Of a DNA stretch of 64,000 nucleotides, positions 29,571 through 38,592 are shown piece after piece (within the stretch, counting starts at the first letter, position 1; each line of letters starts with the position of its first letter). This DNA comes from Bacilli bacterium (GTDB taxonomy: Bacteria; Bacillota_I; Bacilli_A; RFN20; CAG-826). The stretch spans positions 6,243-70,242 of the forward strand of contig JBGVBY010000003.1 of NCBI GenBank assembly GCA_045226015.1, in the 5' to 3' direction. The position numbers and the translations under genes were made by a program. The notes below the pieces were generated by a model. It did no database searches. It had not been told where the DNA came from and worked only from the letters and a program-made list of their open reading frames with translations.

Positions 29571-32165
29571 ATGCGTAAAATGAGTGGAAGTGAAATTAGA
29601 AACACTTGGTTGAAGTTCTTTGAAAGCAAAGGACATCATATTGAACCAGGTAGTTCTTTAATTCCTAAAAATGATCCGACTTTGCTTTGGATTAACGCTG
29701 GAGTAGCAGCACTCAAGAAATATTTTGATGGTAGTGAAGTTCCACCAAGTAGAAGAATTACCAATGCCCAAAAGAGCATTAGAACTAATGATATTGAAAA
29801 CGTTGGTAAAACTGACCGTCACCACACATTCTTTGAAATGTTAGGTAACTTCTCCATAGGAGACTACTTCAGAAACGAAGTCATCCCATGGGCGTTTGAA
29901 TTACTTACAAGCGATAAATATTTTGGATTTGATAAGGATTTACTTTATATCACTTATTTCCCAGATGATTTAGACACTAAGAAGTGCTGGATGAACTGTG
30001 GGGTCAGTGAAGATCACCTCATTCCTTTAGAAGGAAACTTCTGGGAAATCGGAGATGGTCCTTGTGGACCAGACACCGAAATCTATTTCGATAGAGGTGA
30101 AAAATACGATCCAAAACACACTGGAATTGATTTACTTAAGAACGATATGGAAAACGATCGTTACATTGAGATATGGAATATTGTCTTCTCTCAATTCAAC
30201 GCTGTTAGTGGAAAGAAGAGAAGTGAATATAAAGAACTTCCAAGTAAGAACATCGATACAGGCGCTGGTTTAGAAAGACTTGCTTGTGTTATGCAAGGAA
30301 CAAAGTCTAACTTTGAAACTGATTTATTCTGGCCAATTATTGAGAAAGTTCAAGAACTTTCAGGTAAGAAATATGAATCAAATATGATGGCCTTCCGTGT
30401 TATTGCTGATCATATTAGAGCGGTGACATTTGCTACTGCAGATGGAGAAGTGTTCTCTAACGAAGGTAGAGGATACGTCTTAAGAAGACTTGTTAGAAGA
30501 GCGGAAAGATTTGGTAGAGTCTTAGGTATTAATAAACCATTCTTATATCAACTAGTTGATATAGTTGTATCCATTATGAAAGATTTCTACCCATATTTAG
30601 TAGAAAAAGCAGAATATGTTAAAAAACTTATTGTTGCTGAAGAAGAGAAGTTCTTAAAGACTCTTTCTAACGGTGAGTCTCTCCTTAACGATTTAATTAA
30701 AGATAGCAAAACCTTATCTGGCAAAGATATGTTTAAACTTTATGACACCTTTGGATTCCCTAAAGAATTAACTTTAGAAATCTGTGAAGAAAATGGAGTC
30801 TCAGTCAACATTGATGAATTCAATGAAGAGATGAACAAACAAAAAGAAAGAGCAAGAGCCGCTCGTGGAGATCTCCAATCAATGAACAAACAATCCATTG
30901 ATTTAATGAACTTCACCTTAGAAAGTAAATTCAACTATGAGATCGTTGAATGCGAAAGCGAAGTCATCGGTTTATTTGTTGATGGAGTTAAAGTTGATTC
31001 ATTAACTGGTGAAGGCGATTTAATTGTCAAAGAAACTCCATTCTATGCAGAAAGCGGAGGACAAATCGCCGATACAGGAACTATTTCTAATGATTCCACA
31101 GAAGCAAGAGTTAACTATGTTAATAAAGCCCCAAATAAACAACATTTACATCATGTCAGTGTTCTATTTGGAGAACTCAAGATTGGAGACAAAGTCAAAC
31201 TTTCAATCGATGTCTCTAATCGTAGATTAATTGCTAGAAACCATTCCTCTGTTCACCTTTTACAAAGCGCCTTAACTGAAGTTCTTGGTGATCACGTTGC
31301 TCAAAAAGGTAGTTATGTTTGTAGCGAATATATCCATTTTGACTTCTCTCATTTTGAAAAAATGAAAGAGGAAGAAATTGCTGAAGTTGAAAGAAAAGTC
31401 AACGGGTGGATTAGTGATGCGATTGAGGAAGAAACAAAAGTTCTTTCTATTGATGAAGCGCGCAAGATTGGGGCTAAAGCATTATTCGATGATAAATATG
31501 GTAACGTAGTCAGAGTTGTTTGCTTTGGCGAAGTCAGCAAAGAATTCTGTGGTGGTACACACGTAAAGAACACCCAAGATATTGGTTTATTCGTTATTGA
31601 AAGCGAAGAAAGTGTTGCTAGCGGTGTTCGTCGTATTGTCGCCCGTACCTCTAAAGGAGCATATGAACTTCTTAAGAAGAGAGAGAATATGCTCAATCAA
31701 GCCAGAGTGTTAGTAGGTGCTGGATCATATAGTGAAGTCTCTACTAGACTTAACACCTTAAATAATGAAAGAAACGAACTCAAAAAGACTGTTGAATCAT
31801 TATCTAATAAGCTTGCATCAAGCGAAGCAAATTCTATCAATAGTGAGTTCACTAATAACGGTAGATTTGAAGTATTAGTCAAATACTTAAAAGATAGCAA
31901 TAGAAACGCAATTATTGGTTTAAACGACAAACTTAAAGTTGCTCATAAAGATAGTGTTATCCTCTTAATTGGTGGAGATTTATCAGTGGTTTGTAGTGTA
32001 AACGGAAGTGCCTTGTCTTCCATCAAGGCTGGTGACTTAGTTAGATTAAGTGCTGGTGCTTTAGGAGGAAGCGGCGGTGGACGTCCTGATTTTGCTGGCG
32101 GAGCTGGTAAAGATAACACCAAGATTAATGAAGCAATCTCTTTAGCGAAGGACGCTCTTAAATAA
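29571..32165 (+). CDS. alaS: Alanine--tRNA ligase
   Basis: The track ORF begins with TTG at 29556. The ATG at 29571 with RBS ggagg 8 nt upstream is preferred (MRKMSGSEIRNTWLKFFESKGH...). Class II motifs and the editing domain HxxxH region are present; length ~865 aa. Confidence 0.95.
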   Translation: MRKMSGSEIRNTWLKFFESKGHHIEPGSSLIPKNDPTLLWINAGVAALKKYFDGSEVPPSRRITNAQKSIRTNDIENVGKTDRHHTFFEMLGNFSIGDYFRNEVIPWAFELLTSDKYFGFDKDLLYITYFPDDLDTKKCWMNCGVSEDHLIPLEGNFWEIGDGPCGPDTEIYFDRGEKYDPKHTGIDLLKNDMENDRYIEIWNIVFSQFNAVSGKKRSEYKELPSKNIDTGAGLERLACVMQGTKSNFETDLFWPIIEKVQELSGKKYESNMMAFRVIADHIRAVTFATADGEVFSNEGRGYVLRRLVRRAERFGRVLGINKPFLYQLVDIVVSIMKDFYPYLVEKAEYVKKLIVAEEEKFLKTLSNGESLLNDLIKDSKTLSGKDMFKLYDTFGFPKELTLEICEENGVSVNIDEFNEEMNKQKERARAARGDLQSMNKQSIDLMNFTLESKFNYEIVECESEVIGLFVDGVKVDSLTGEGDLIVKETPFYAESGGQIADTGTISNDSTEARVNYVNKAPNKQHLHHVSVLFGELKIGDKVKLSIDVSNRRLIARNHSSVHLLQSALTEVLGDHVAQKGSYVCSEYIHFDFSHFEKMKEEEIAEVERKVNGWISDAIEEETKVLSIDEARKIGAKALFDDKYGNVVRVVCFGEVSKEFCGGTHVKNTQDIGLFVIESEESVASGVRRIVARTSKGAYELLKKRENMLNQARVLVGAGSYSEVSTRLNTLNNERNELKKTVESLSNKLASSEANSINSEFTNNGRFEVLVKYLKDSNRNAIIGLNDKLKVAHKDSVILLIGGDLSVVCSVNGSALSSIKAGDLVRLSAGALGGSGGGRPDFAGGAGKDNTKINEAISLAKDALK

Positions 32166-32587
32166 TGGAAAAATACATTGGATTAGACTTAGGAACAGTG
32201 ACTTTAGGAATTGCTACTAGTGATACCTTAGGTTTTGTCCACGGTTTAGAGACTTTCCGCTTTCAAAAAGAAGCGTATTCTCAAGCTCGTAAAAGAGTGC
32301 ACGAAGTCGTTGCGCAAACAGGAATCAAAAACATCGTGATTGGTTTACCAATCAATATGGATGGTACTGAAGGATTTAGAGCGAAATCATCTCGTAAGTT
32401 TTTAGAAGATTTAAAAGCGGAAGATCCGTCTTTAAAGCTTGAGCTTCAAGATGAAAGAATGACGAGTATTTCTGCCCACAAAACTCTTTATGAACTCAAT
32501 GTTAAAGGCAAGAATCACAAAGAAACTGTCGATCGCTTAGCAGCGTGTGAAATATTAGATTTCTATATTCGAATGAAAGGAAAATAA
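32165..32587 (+). CDS. ruvX: Putative pre-16S rRNA nuclease / Holliday junction resolvase-like YqgF/RuvX
   Basis: 140 aa. IGLDLGTVTLGIATSD is the N-terminal motif. Conserved position after alaS. Confidence 0.9.
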   Translation: MEKYIGLDLGTVTLGIATSDTLGFVHGLETFRFQKEAYSQARKRVHEVVAQTGIKNIVIGLPINMDGTEGFRAKSSRKFLEDLKAEDPSLKLELQDERMTSISAHKTLYELNVKGKNHKETVDRLAACEILDFYIRMKGK

Positions 32588-32591
32588 AAAT

Positions 32592-32849
32592 ATGGATATT
32601 ATGGACGAAAAACAAATCACCATTATGGATGAAGAAGGTAATCAACATGTAATGGAAATTCTCTTCACTTATGAACACGAAGAAAGAGGAAAGAAATATG
32701 TGTTCTTGTATGATAAAAATAACCCAGACGATGTATTCCCAATGGAATATAACGACAAGGGTGAACTTTTCGAAATAGAAAACGAAGAAGAATATGAAGA
32801 AGTCGAAGAAGTTTTTAACGCTTTTAACGAAGAAAACTTTGATGACTAA
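32592..32849 (+). CDS. DUF1292 family protein (YrzB-like)
   Basis: 85 aa acidic protein. ITIMDEEGNQHVMEILFTYEHEERGKKYVFL is typical of DUF1292, a conserved partner downstream of ruvX. Confidence 0.7.
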   Translation: MDIMDEKQITIMDEEGNQHVMEILFTYEHEERGKKYVFLYDKNNPDDVFPMEYNDKGELFEIENEEEYEEVEEVFNAFNEENFDD

Positions 32850-33421
32850 TTAATAAAAATAATCATACCCATAAGAGCGGATAAACCAAGTAACATGATT
32901 GGATTAACGCTCTTTTTATTTACTCGTTTGTATATTGTGGTAAATAGCAATAACGTGATTAATAAAGCAAAGCTTCGTCTATCAAAAGTGAATTCTCCAT
33001 TGATGGAGTGACCACCAAAGAAGACAATCTTAATAAATAGTACAAGAGCAGTGCTTAAGATAAGTGCTAAAACTATAGGTTTAACTCCATTTAATGCGCC
33101 TTGAACAAATCTATTCTTTATGAATTTATTCATAACAATAGCGACAAGAATGATGATGATTAAAGAAGGAAGAATAACTCCGATGGTCGCGCATACCGCT
33201 CCAAAGCTTCCACCTACGTGCAAGCCTACAAATGTGGAGATGTTTAACGCAAATGGTCCTGGAGTAACTTCACTTATCGCGATGAAATCGGTTAATGTAT
33301 CGCTAGTGATCCAACCTTTTCCGACAACTTGTTCTTGAATCATTGGAATCATTGCATAGCCTCCACCAAAGGTGAATAGACCGATCAGAAAGAATGTATA
33401 AAATAATTCAAAGAAAATCAT
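32846..33421 (-). CDS. chrA: Chromate transporter (CHR family) short-chain subunit, C-terminal half type
   Basis: 191 aa polytopic membrane protein. Motif FTFGGGYAMIPMIQEQVV and GPFALNISTFVG are CHR signature sequences. Confidence 0.75.
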   Translation of the reverse strand: MIFFELFYTFFLIGLFTFGGGYAMIPMIQEQVVGKGWITSDTLTDFIAISEVTPGPFALNISTFVGLHVGGSFGAVCATIGVILPSLIIIILVAIVMNKFIKNRFVQGALNGVKPIVLALILSTALVLFIKIVFFGGHSINGEFTFDRRSFALLITLLLFTTIYKRVNKKSVNPIMLLGLSALMGMIIFIN

Positions 33422-34014
33422 TTTATGTCTCCTTTCTTTTTGTTAAGAGCGGTAAGGGTAATTCCAACAACAATGCCTAATAAAATTAGGCATAAAGAAG
33501 TATATTTAAAACCAATATCAAAGATAGAGAGGGTAATTGAAGTTGCTAAAGCAGCAACAAATAAAACAATTCCAATAAAATTAACTTTCACGTTTTTCTT
33601 AAGCTTTATAACTGCGTTTAAGAGTAATAACACAACTCCAACTTTTAATCCTTTAAAAGCGGCTTGGATAACTTTCCACTGCATAAAGTCCTTATAGAAA
33701 TAGGAGATAACAAAGATAATCACAAAGGAAGGAATTGATAAGCCGATCGTAGCGAATATACTTCCTAGTACCCCTCCAACCTTATATCCAACATATGTTG
33801 CGGTATTAATTGCAATTGGTCCTGGGGTGGTTTCGCTGATCGCTAAAATATCAAGGATTTCCATCTCACTAATCCATTTTCTTTTTTTGGTGACTTCCTC
33901 TTCAATAATTGGAATCATCGCGTAGCCTCCACCAAAGGTGAAAGCCCCAACTTTCATAAAAGTTAGGAATAGAGTTAATAACTTTATAATGTAATTATCT
34001 TTCTTCATCGCCAC
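33418..34014 (-). CDS. chrA: Chromate transporter (CHR family) short-chain subunit, N-terminal half type
   Basis: 198 aa. FTFGGGYAMIPIIEEEV and TPGPIAINTATYVG motifs are present. A 4-nt overlap with the downstream partner implies a heterodimeric pair. Confidence 0.75.
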   Translation of the reverse strand: MAMKKDNYIIKLLTLFLTFMKVGAFTFGGGYAMIPIIEEEVTKKRKWISEMEILDILAISETTPGPIAINTATYVGYKVGGVLGSIFATIGLSIPSFVIIFVISYFYKDFMQWKVIQAAFKGLKVGVVLLLLNAVIKLKKNVKVNFIGIVLFVAALATSITLSIFDIGFKYTSLCLILLGIVVGITLTALNKKKGDIK

Positions 34015-34121
34015 TCAATTATATAAGAATAACGTTTATAAATAAAATCATTATAATAATTATTGGATTATATCATTCATTATTGATATAATATCGCATG
34101 GATTTAAAAGAGGTATAACTC

Positions 34122-34601
34122 ATGGCAGATAAAATTAAATTAACAAAAGCTGGTAAAGAAGCTCTTGAAAAAGAATTAAGATATTTAATCGATGAAGCTC
34201 GTGAAGACGTTAAAAAACAATTAGCAGAAGCACGTGCGCAAGGTGACTTAAGTGAAAACGCCGACTACGATGCTGCTAGAAATAGACAAGCTGAAGTTGA
34301 AGGTAGAATCAAAGAAATCGAATCAATTCTTTCTAACGCTGAATTAATTGATGATGAAAAAGGTTCAAAAAGAAAAGAAGGTAAAGTTGCCTTAGGTTCA
34401 ACTGTTACCATTAAATTCTTAGAAAATGGTAAAGAAGCCCAATACATGATTGTTGGTACTGTCGAAAGCAATCCATTCAGCAACAAGATTTCTAACGTCT
34501 GTCCATTAGGCGAAGCATTAATCGGAAAAGTCGCTGGCGATGTTGTTGAAGTCAAGGCGAAAAAGACCTATAAAGTCGAAATCGTCAAAGTTGGCGCTTA
34601 A
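34122..34601 (+). CDS. greA: Transcription elongation factor GreA
   Basis: 159 aa. The GreA N-terminal coiled-coil carries the conserved acidic tip (GDLSENADYDAA). Confidence 0.92.
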   Translation: MADKIKLTKAGKEALEKELRYLIDEAREDVKKQLAEARAQGDLSENADYDAARNRQAEVEGRIKEIESILSNAELIDDEKGSKRKEGKVALGSTVTIKFLENGKEAQYMIVGTVESNPFSNKISNVCPLGEALIGKVAGDVVEVKAKKTYKVEIVKVGA

Positions 34602-34609
34602 TCAAGAAA

Positions 34610-34642
34610 AGAGAAGACCCTTATGGGTCTTTTAATTTTTTT
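34610..34642 (+). terminator. Rho-independent terminator after greA
   Basis: Hairpin agaagaccc-ttat-gggtctt followed by ttaattttttt. Confidence 0.7.
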
Positions 34643-34702
34643 AAAATTTTCAGACAAAAAAATCGAAAAACCTCCCTATTAAAATAATGAGGAGGATTTT
34701 TT

Positions 34703-35233
34703 ATGATCAAAATCATCTTAGGTGTTGTCTTAGTGACTATCGCTGTTATTACCACATTCTTGGTTCTCGATCCAAGTGTCGGAGTTCAAACAGTAGCCCC
34801 TATGGCAGAAGTAGCACCAACATTTATCGCCTATATTGACGGAGAGGTAGTCAAAGCCGATAAGTACACAATGGCAGAAGGCTCATTATTAAAGGATTTA
34901 ATAGCCGCTGCTGGAGGTTTGAGTAATAACGCAGACGAAAGAGCGTTCTATGAAGACGCGGTTATTACTGCTGGCCAAACCTATTACATTGCCTCTAAAT
35001 ACGACTTAAATGACTTATGTAGTATGAGTGAAATCGAGAAAGTTAATGTTAACGTTGATGACGCTGAGACTTTAGCAACTGTTAACGGCATTAGTACTAC
35101 AATTGCAAACTCAATCATCACATATCGTGATGAAAACGGTTTATTCTCTACCCTTGAGCAATTACTTGAGGTTCATGGAATCGGTAACGCGACATATCGA
35201 AAGATACGTAACTATGTAATTTTACACGCGTGA
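34703..35233 (+). CDS. comEA: Competence protein ComEA (DNA receptor, helix-hairpin-helix)
   Basis: 176 aa. An N-terminal TM helix is followed by a C-terminal tandem HhH (TLATVNGISTTIANSIITYRDENGLFSTLEQLLEVHGIGNATYRKI). Confidence 0.8.
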   Translation: MIKIILGVVLVTIAVITTFLVLDPSVGVQTVAPMAEVAPTFIAYIDGEVVKADKYTMAEGSLLKDLIAAAGGLSNNADERAFYEDAVITAGQTYYIASKYDLNDLCSMSEIEKVNVNVDDAETLATVNGISTTIANSIITYRDENGLFSTLEQLLEVHGIGNATYRKIRNYVILHA

Positions 35234-37227
35234 TTATCTTATTTCTTTTCCTATCCTTATTTCTTGGACTAAATACTAGATATACATTAGTTATTGGGAT
35301 AATAGGAATCATAGTCTTATTATTCTTTGTATTTAAAAGATTTGGTAAGAAAGTTGCTTCTATCTCCCTGGTGTTCTTCCTTTTTGGAGTTTGTGTTTCT
35401 TTTGTAAATATCGATATCCACAAAAATGAATATCAGGGAATGGTGGTAGAAGTTAAAGACAATTATTTTGTGTTTTCTTCCTCTTTAGAAAAGATGTATG
35501 TATATGAACAAGACCATTCTCATGAAATAGGAGATATCCTTCATATTGTTGGGTATAAAAAAGAACTAGCTTTTAACCATTTAGAATCTGAATTTGATTT
35601 TAAAGACTATTTAAATAAGAAAGGCATTAAATACCAATTAGAATATAAGTCAATAGAGGTTAAATACTCTAACTTCATCAAGGTCAATTATTTAAGAAAG
35701 AAATTCTTGTCCAATTTTGATAGTAAAACAGCTTCTGTTGTATCTTCTTTGTTATTTGGAATAAGCAAAGATAGTGAATATATCGATCTAGGTCGGGATT
35801 TACAAATTGTTAGGATAATTTCCAACACTGGTATTTATCTTTCCCTAATTTATAAAATCATCAATTTCTTTATCTCAAAGATATTTAAAAAGAAGAAGAT
35901 TAATGAGCCGCTTTCTATATTAATAATGTCACCGTTATTAGTGTTTTCTTTCCCTAAATTCGCGGTAAGTAAATTCTTTGTATTAAAGGGGTTTAGATTC
36001 GCTAATCAGGGACTATTAAAAAAACGGTTTAACTATTTAGAGCTACTATCAATAAGTGCGATATGCTTTCTTCTTTTGGATCCTAATTTAGCAAGGCAAG
36101 ATTCATTTCTATTATGTTACTCTATACCGATTATCTATTTATTAATAAATAGTTCATTTCACTTTAAGAAGAAATGGGTTAAAGGAGCGTTTGGTTTAAT
36201 TTCTATTTATTTGTTATGTATTCCGTTAATAATCAACTATTATTCTGAAATATCTGTCTTTTCACTTATTTATCAGATTATCTTTGCTCCTTTGTTCACG
36301 TTCTTATATCTTTTGTCCTTATTATCATTTGTTGGGATACCTATTTATAGCTTTATTGGTAGTTACACATCGTTGATTTATAGTTGGCTAACCGCACTTA
36401 GTAAAATAAGCCCTGTTGTGTTTACCGGAACGATAAGTGACATAGGGGTAGCGTTATATGAGTTTATATATTTATTATGTTTGTATTTCTTATCAATTAG
36501 ATTAAAACCGTTAAGTAAAGTATCGGTTCTAATTTATTCTTGTTTTATTCTCTATTTCGCTATTCCATTTCAATCATTCAAACAATTTGTGTCTTTCATA
36601 AATGTAGGTCAAGGAGACTCGACATTAATTTGCTATCGAAACACAACTGTTTTAATCGATACGGGAGGTAACAAAACCAAAGATATTGCTACTGAAGTAT
36701 TGATTCCATATTTTAAAAAGCATCAAATTTATAAGATTGATGTACTCATAACCACTCATGATGATTATGACCATTCAGGAGCGGTCACGTCTTTGATTAA
36801 TAATTTCAACGTAAATTCTTATATTACTGATTACAAAAACTTCCCGTTAACTATCAATAACCTAACGTTAGTGAACTATAACAATTACCCATCTTTATGG
36901 GAAGAGGAGAACGATCGTTCGTTGGTCATAGGTTTTAATCTTAATCACAAAGATTATTTAGTGATGGGGGACGCTCCTATTAAGATTGAAAACGCCATCA
37001 TGAATGGTCACAAATACATACCATGTGACATATTAAAAGTTGGACATCACGGATCTAAAACAAGCACAAGTGAAAAATTTACAAAATTTTTACATCCAAA
37101 AATTGGAGTGATTAGCTGTGGTAAAAACAACATATATCATCATCCTCATAATGAAGTGATTGCAATCTTAAATAAGTATCACGTCGAGATAAGAAGAACT
37201 GATTTAGAAAGTACAATTACTTTTTGA
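35230..37227 (+). CDS. comEC: DNA internalization competence protein ComEC/Rec2
   Basis: 665 aa polytopic membrane protein. The C-terminal metallo-beta-lactamase domain carries HDDYDHSG and VGHHGSKTS motifs. Overlaps the comEA stop. Confidence 0.85.
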   Translation: MIILFLFLSLFLGLNTRYTLVIGIIGIIVLLFFVFKRFGKKVASISLVFFLFGVCVSFVNIDIHKNEYQGMVVEVKDNYFVFSSSLEKMYVYEQDHSHEIGDILHIVGYKKELAFNHLESEFDFKDYLNKKGIKYQLEYKSIEVKYSNFIKVNYLRKKFLSNFDSKTASVVSSLLFGISKDSEYIDLGRDLQIVRIISNTGIYLSLIYKIINFFISKIFKKKKINEPLSILIMSPLLVFSFPKFAVSKFFVLKGFRFANQGLLKKRFNYLELLSISAICFLLLDPNLARQDSFLLCYSIPIIYLLINSSFHFKKKWVKGAFGLISIYLLCIPLIINYYSEISVFSLIYQIIFAPLFTFLYLLSLLSFVGIPIYSFIGSYTSLIYSWLTALSKISPVVFTGTISDIGVALYEFIYLLCLYFLSIRLKPLSKVSVLIYSCFILYFAIPFQSFKQFVSFINVGQGDSTLICYRNTTVLIDTGGNKTKDIATEVLIPYFKKHQIYKIDVLITTHDDYDHSGAVTSLINNFNVNSYITDYKNFPLTINNLTLVNYNNYPSLWEEENDRSLVIGFNLNHKDYLVMGDAPIKIENAIMNGHKYIPCDILKVGHHGSKTSTSEKFTKFLHPKIGVISCGKNNIYHHPHNEVIAILNKYHVEIRRTDLESTITF

Positions 37228-37263
37228 CAGTTATTCTGCCAAAAAGATTATAATAGTAGTGAT

Positions 37264-38241
37264 ATGATTTGTTTAATATACGGAAATCAAGGTCCAACAG
37301 TAAAATCACAAATAAAAAAGATTGGTGAAGCTTTTCTTAATGGAGAACATCCTGACGAACTCAACTTCATCAAATTGGATGGAAATAACTTTTTAGTTCA
37401 AGACGCTGTTGATGAATGCCAGTATGTTGCTTTGGGTTATGAAAAGAAGGTTGTCTCTTTAGAGAACTGTTATTTCTTATTAAAACCAAAACCAAAAAAT
37501 AAAATAGATTCAGATCAAGATTATGACACGCTTTTAGATTTTGTTTCTAATGGCGGTGTTGATGATAGTCTATTCATTCTTTCAGTCACTTCGTCTTCTG
37601 TTGATGATAAGAGTGCTCTTTTTAAAACAATAAAAGAGAAAGGAAAAGTAGTGGAAATTACCGATCCTGACGAAAAGGGATGGAACGAATATGTTAAAAC
37701 ATATTTGCAAAAGAAAGAGATAACTATTGATCGCGATGCGATTATGGAACTTGCCAACAGGACTGATGGTGATGTTGGATTATTTAAAAATAGTGTACAA
37801 GTATTAACTTTATACACTGATCATATTCACTATAACGACGTTATCAAAATGGTGCCACGCCCATTAGAAGATAATACATTCCTTATTTTCAATTTGTTAT
37901 TAGACGGCAAGAACGCCGAAGCTATTAGTCTATATAAAGATTTAAAGATTAATGGAGCAAGACCAGAAACTTTAATCTCTCAACTTGCTAATCAATTTAG
38001 ACTTTTAAGCCAGGTCGCTTATTTAGTGAGAAAAAGAGTTCCTAAGGATGATATTGCGGATGAGCTTAAAATTAAGCCGGGAAGAGTCTTTATTCTTTCT
38101 AAACTCGCATATTCCATCTCTGAGAACACTCTTCATAAAACTCTTGATGAGTTATATCAGTTAGATTACGACATAAAAAGCGGTCAAGTTGACCGCAATT
38201 ATGCTTTTGAATTATTTTTGCTAAAATTTAAAACGCAATAA
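37264..38241 (+). CDS. holA: DNA polymerase III delta subunit
   Basis: 325 aa. Follows comEC and is convergent with rpsT as in Bacillus. Delta-subunit-like helical C-terminal region. Confidence 0.75.
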   Translation: MICLIYGNQGPTVKSQIKKIGEAFLNGEHPDELNFIKLDGNNFLVQDAVDECQYVALGYEKKVVSLENCYFLLKPKPKNKIDSDQDYDTLLDFVSNGGVDDSLFILSVTSSSVDDKSALFKTIKEKGKVVEITDPDEKGWNEYVKTYLQKKEITIDRDAIMELANRTDGDVGLFKNSVQVLTLYTDHIHYNDVIKMVPRPLEDNTFLIFNLLLDGKNAEAISLYKDLKINGARPETLISQLANQFRLLSQVAYLVRKRVPKDDIADELKIKPGRVFILSKLAYSISENTLHKTLDELYQLDYDIKSGQVDRNYAFELFLLKFKTQ

Positions 38242-38247
38242 AATAAA

Positions 38248-38511
38248 TTATTTTAAAGAATTGACTAATCTTTGTAATTCGCCTTTTTGTCTAGCGCCAG
38301 TGTTTTTGTGTTGAATGCCATCAGAGACGGATTTGTCGATTAATTTGAAAGCAACAAGTAAAGCGGCTTCAGCAGCAGCTAAATCTTTTGCTTCAACAGC
38401 AACTCTGACTTTCTTCATTGAAGTACGAACAGCACTTTTTGCAGCTCTGTTTCTTTCTCTAGCTTCTTCGTTTGTACGATTACGTTTGATTTGTGATTTA
38501 ATGTTTGCCAT
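38248..38511 (-). CDS. rpsT: 30S ribosomal protein S20
   Basis: 87 aa. MANIKSQIKRNRTNEEARERNRAAKSAVRT is a canonical S20 N-terminus. Confidence 0.92.
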   Translation of the reverse strand: MANIKSQIKRNRTNEEARERNRAAKSAVRTSMKKVRVAVEAKDLAAAEAALLVAFKLIDKSVSDGIQHKNTGARQKGELQRLVNSLK

Positions 38512-38592
38512 ATAGTAATTCCTTCTTCTTTAATTTTTGCGTCAGCGATAATAATACTAAATGCTTACAAATAATGCAAATATAATTTGTTA

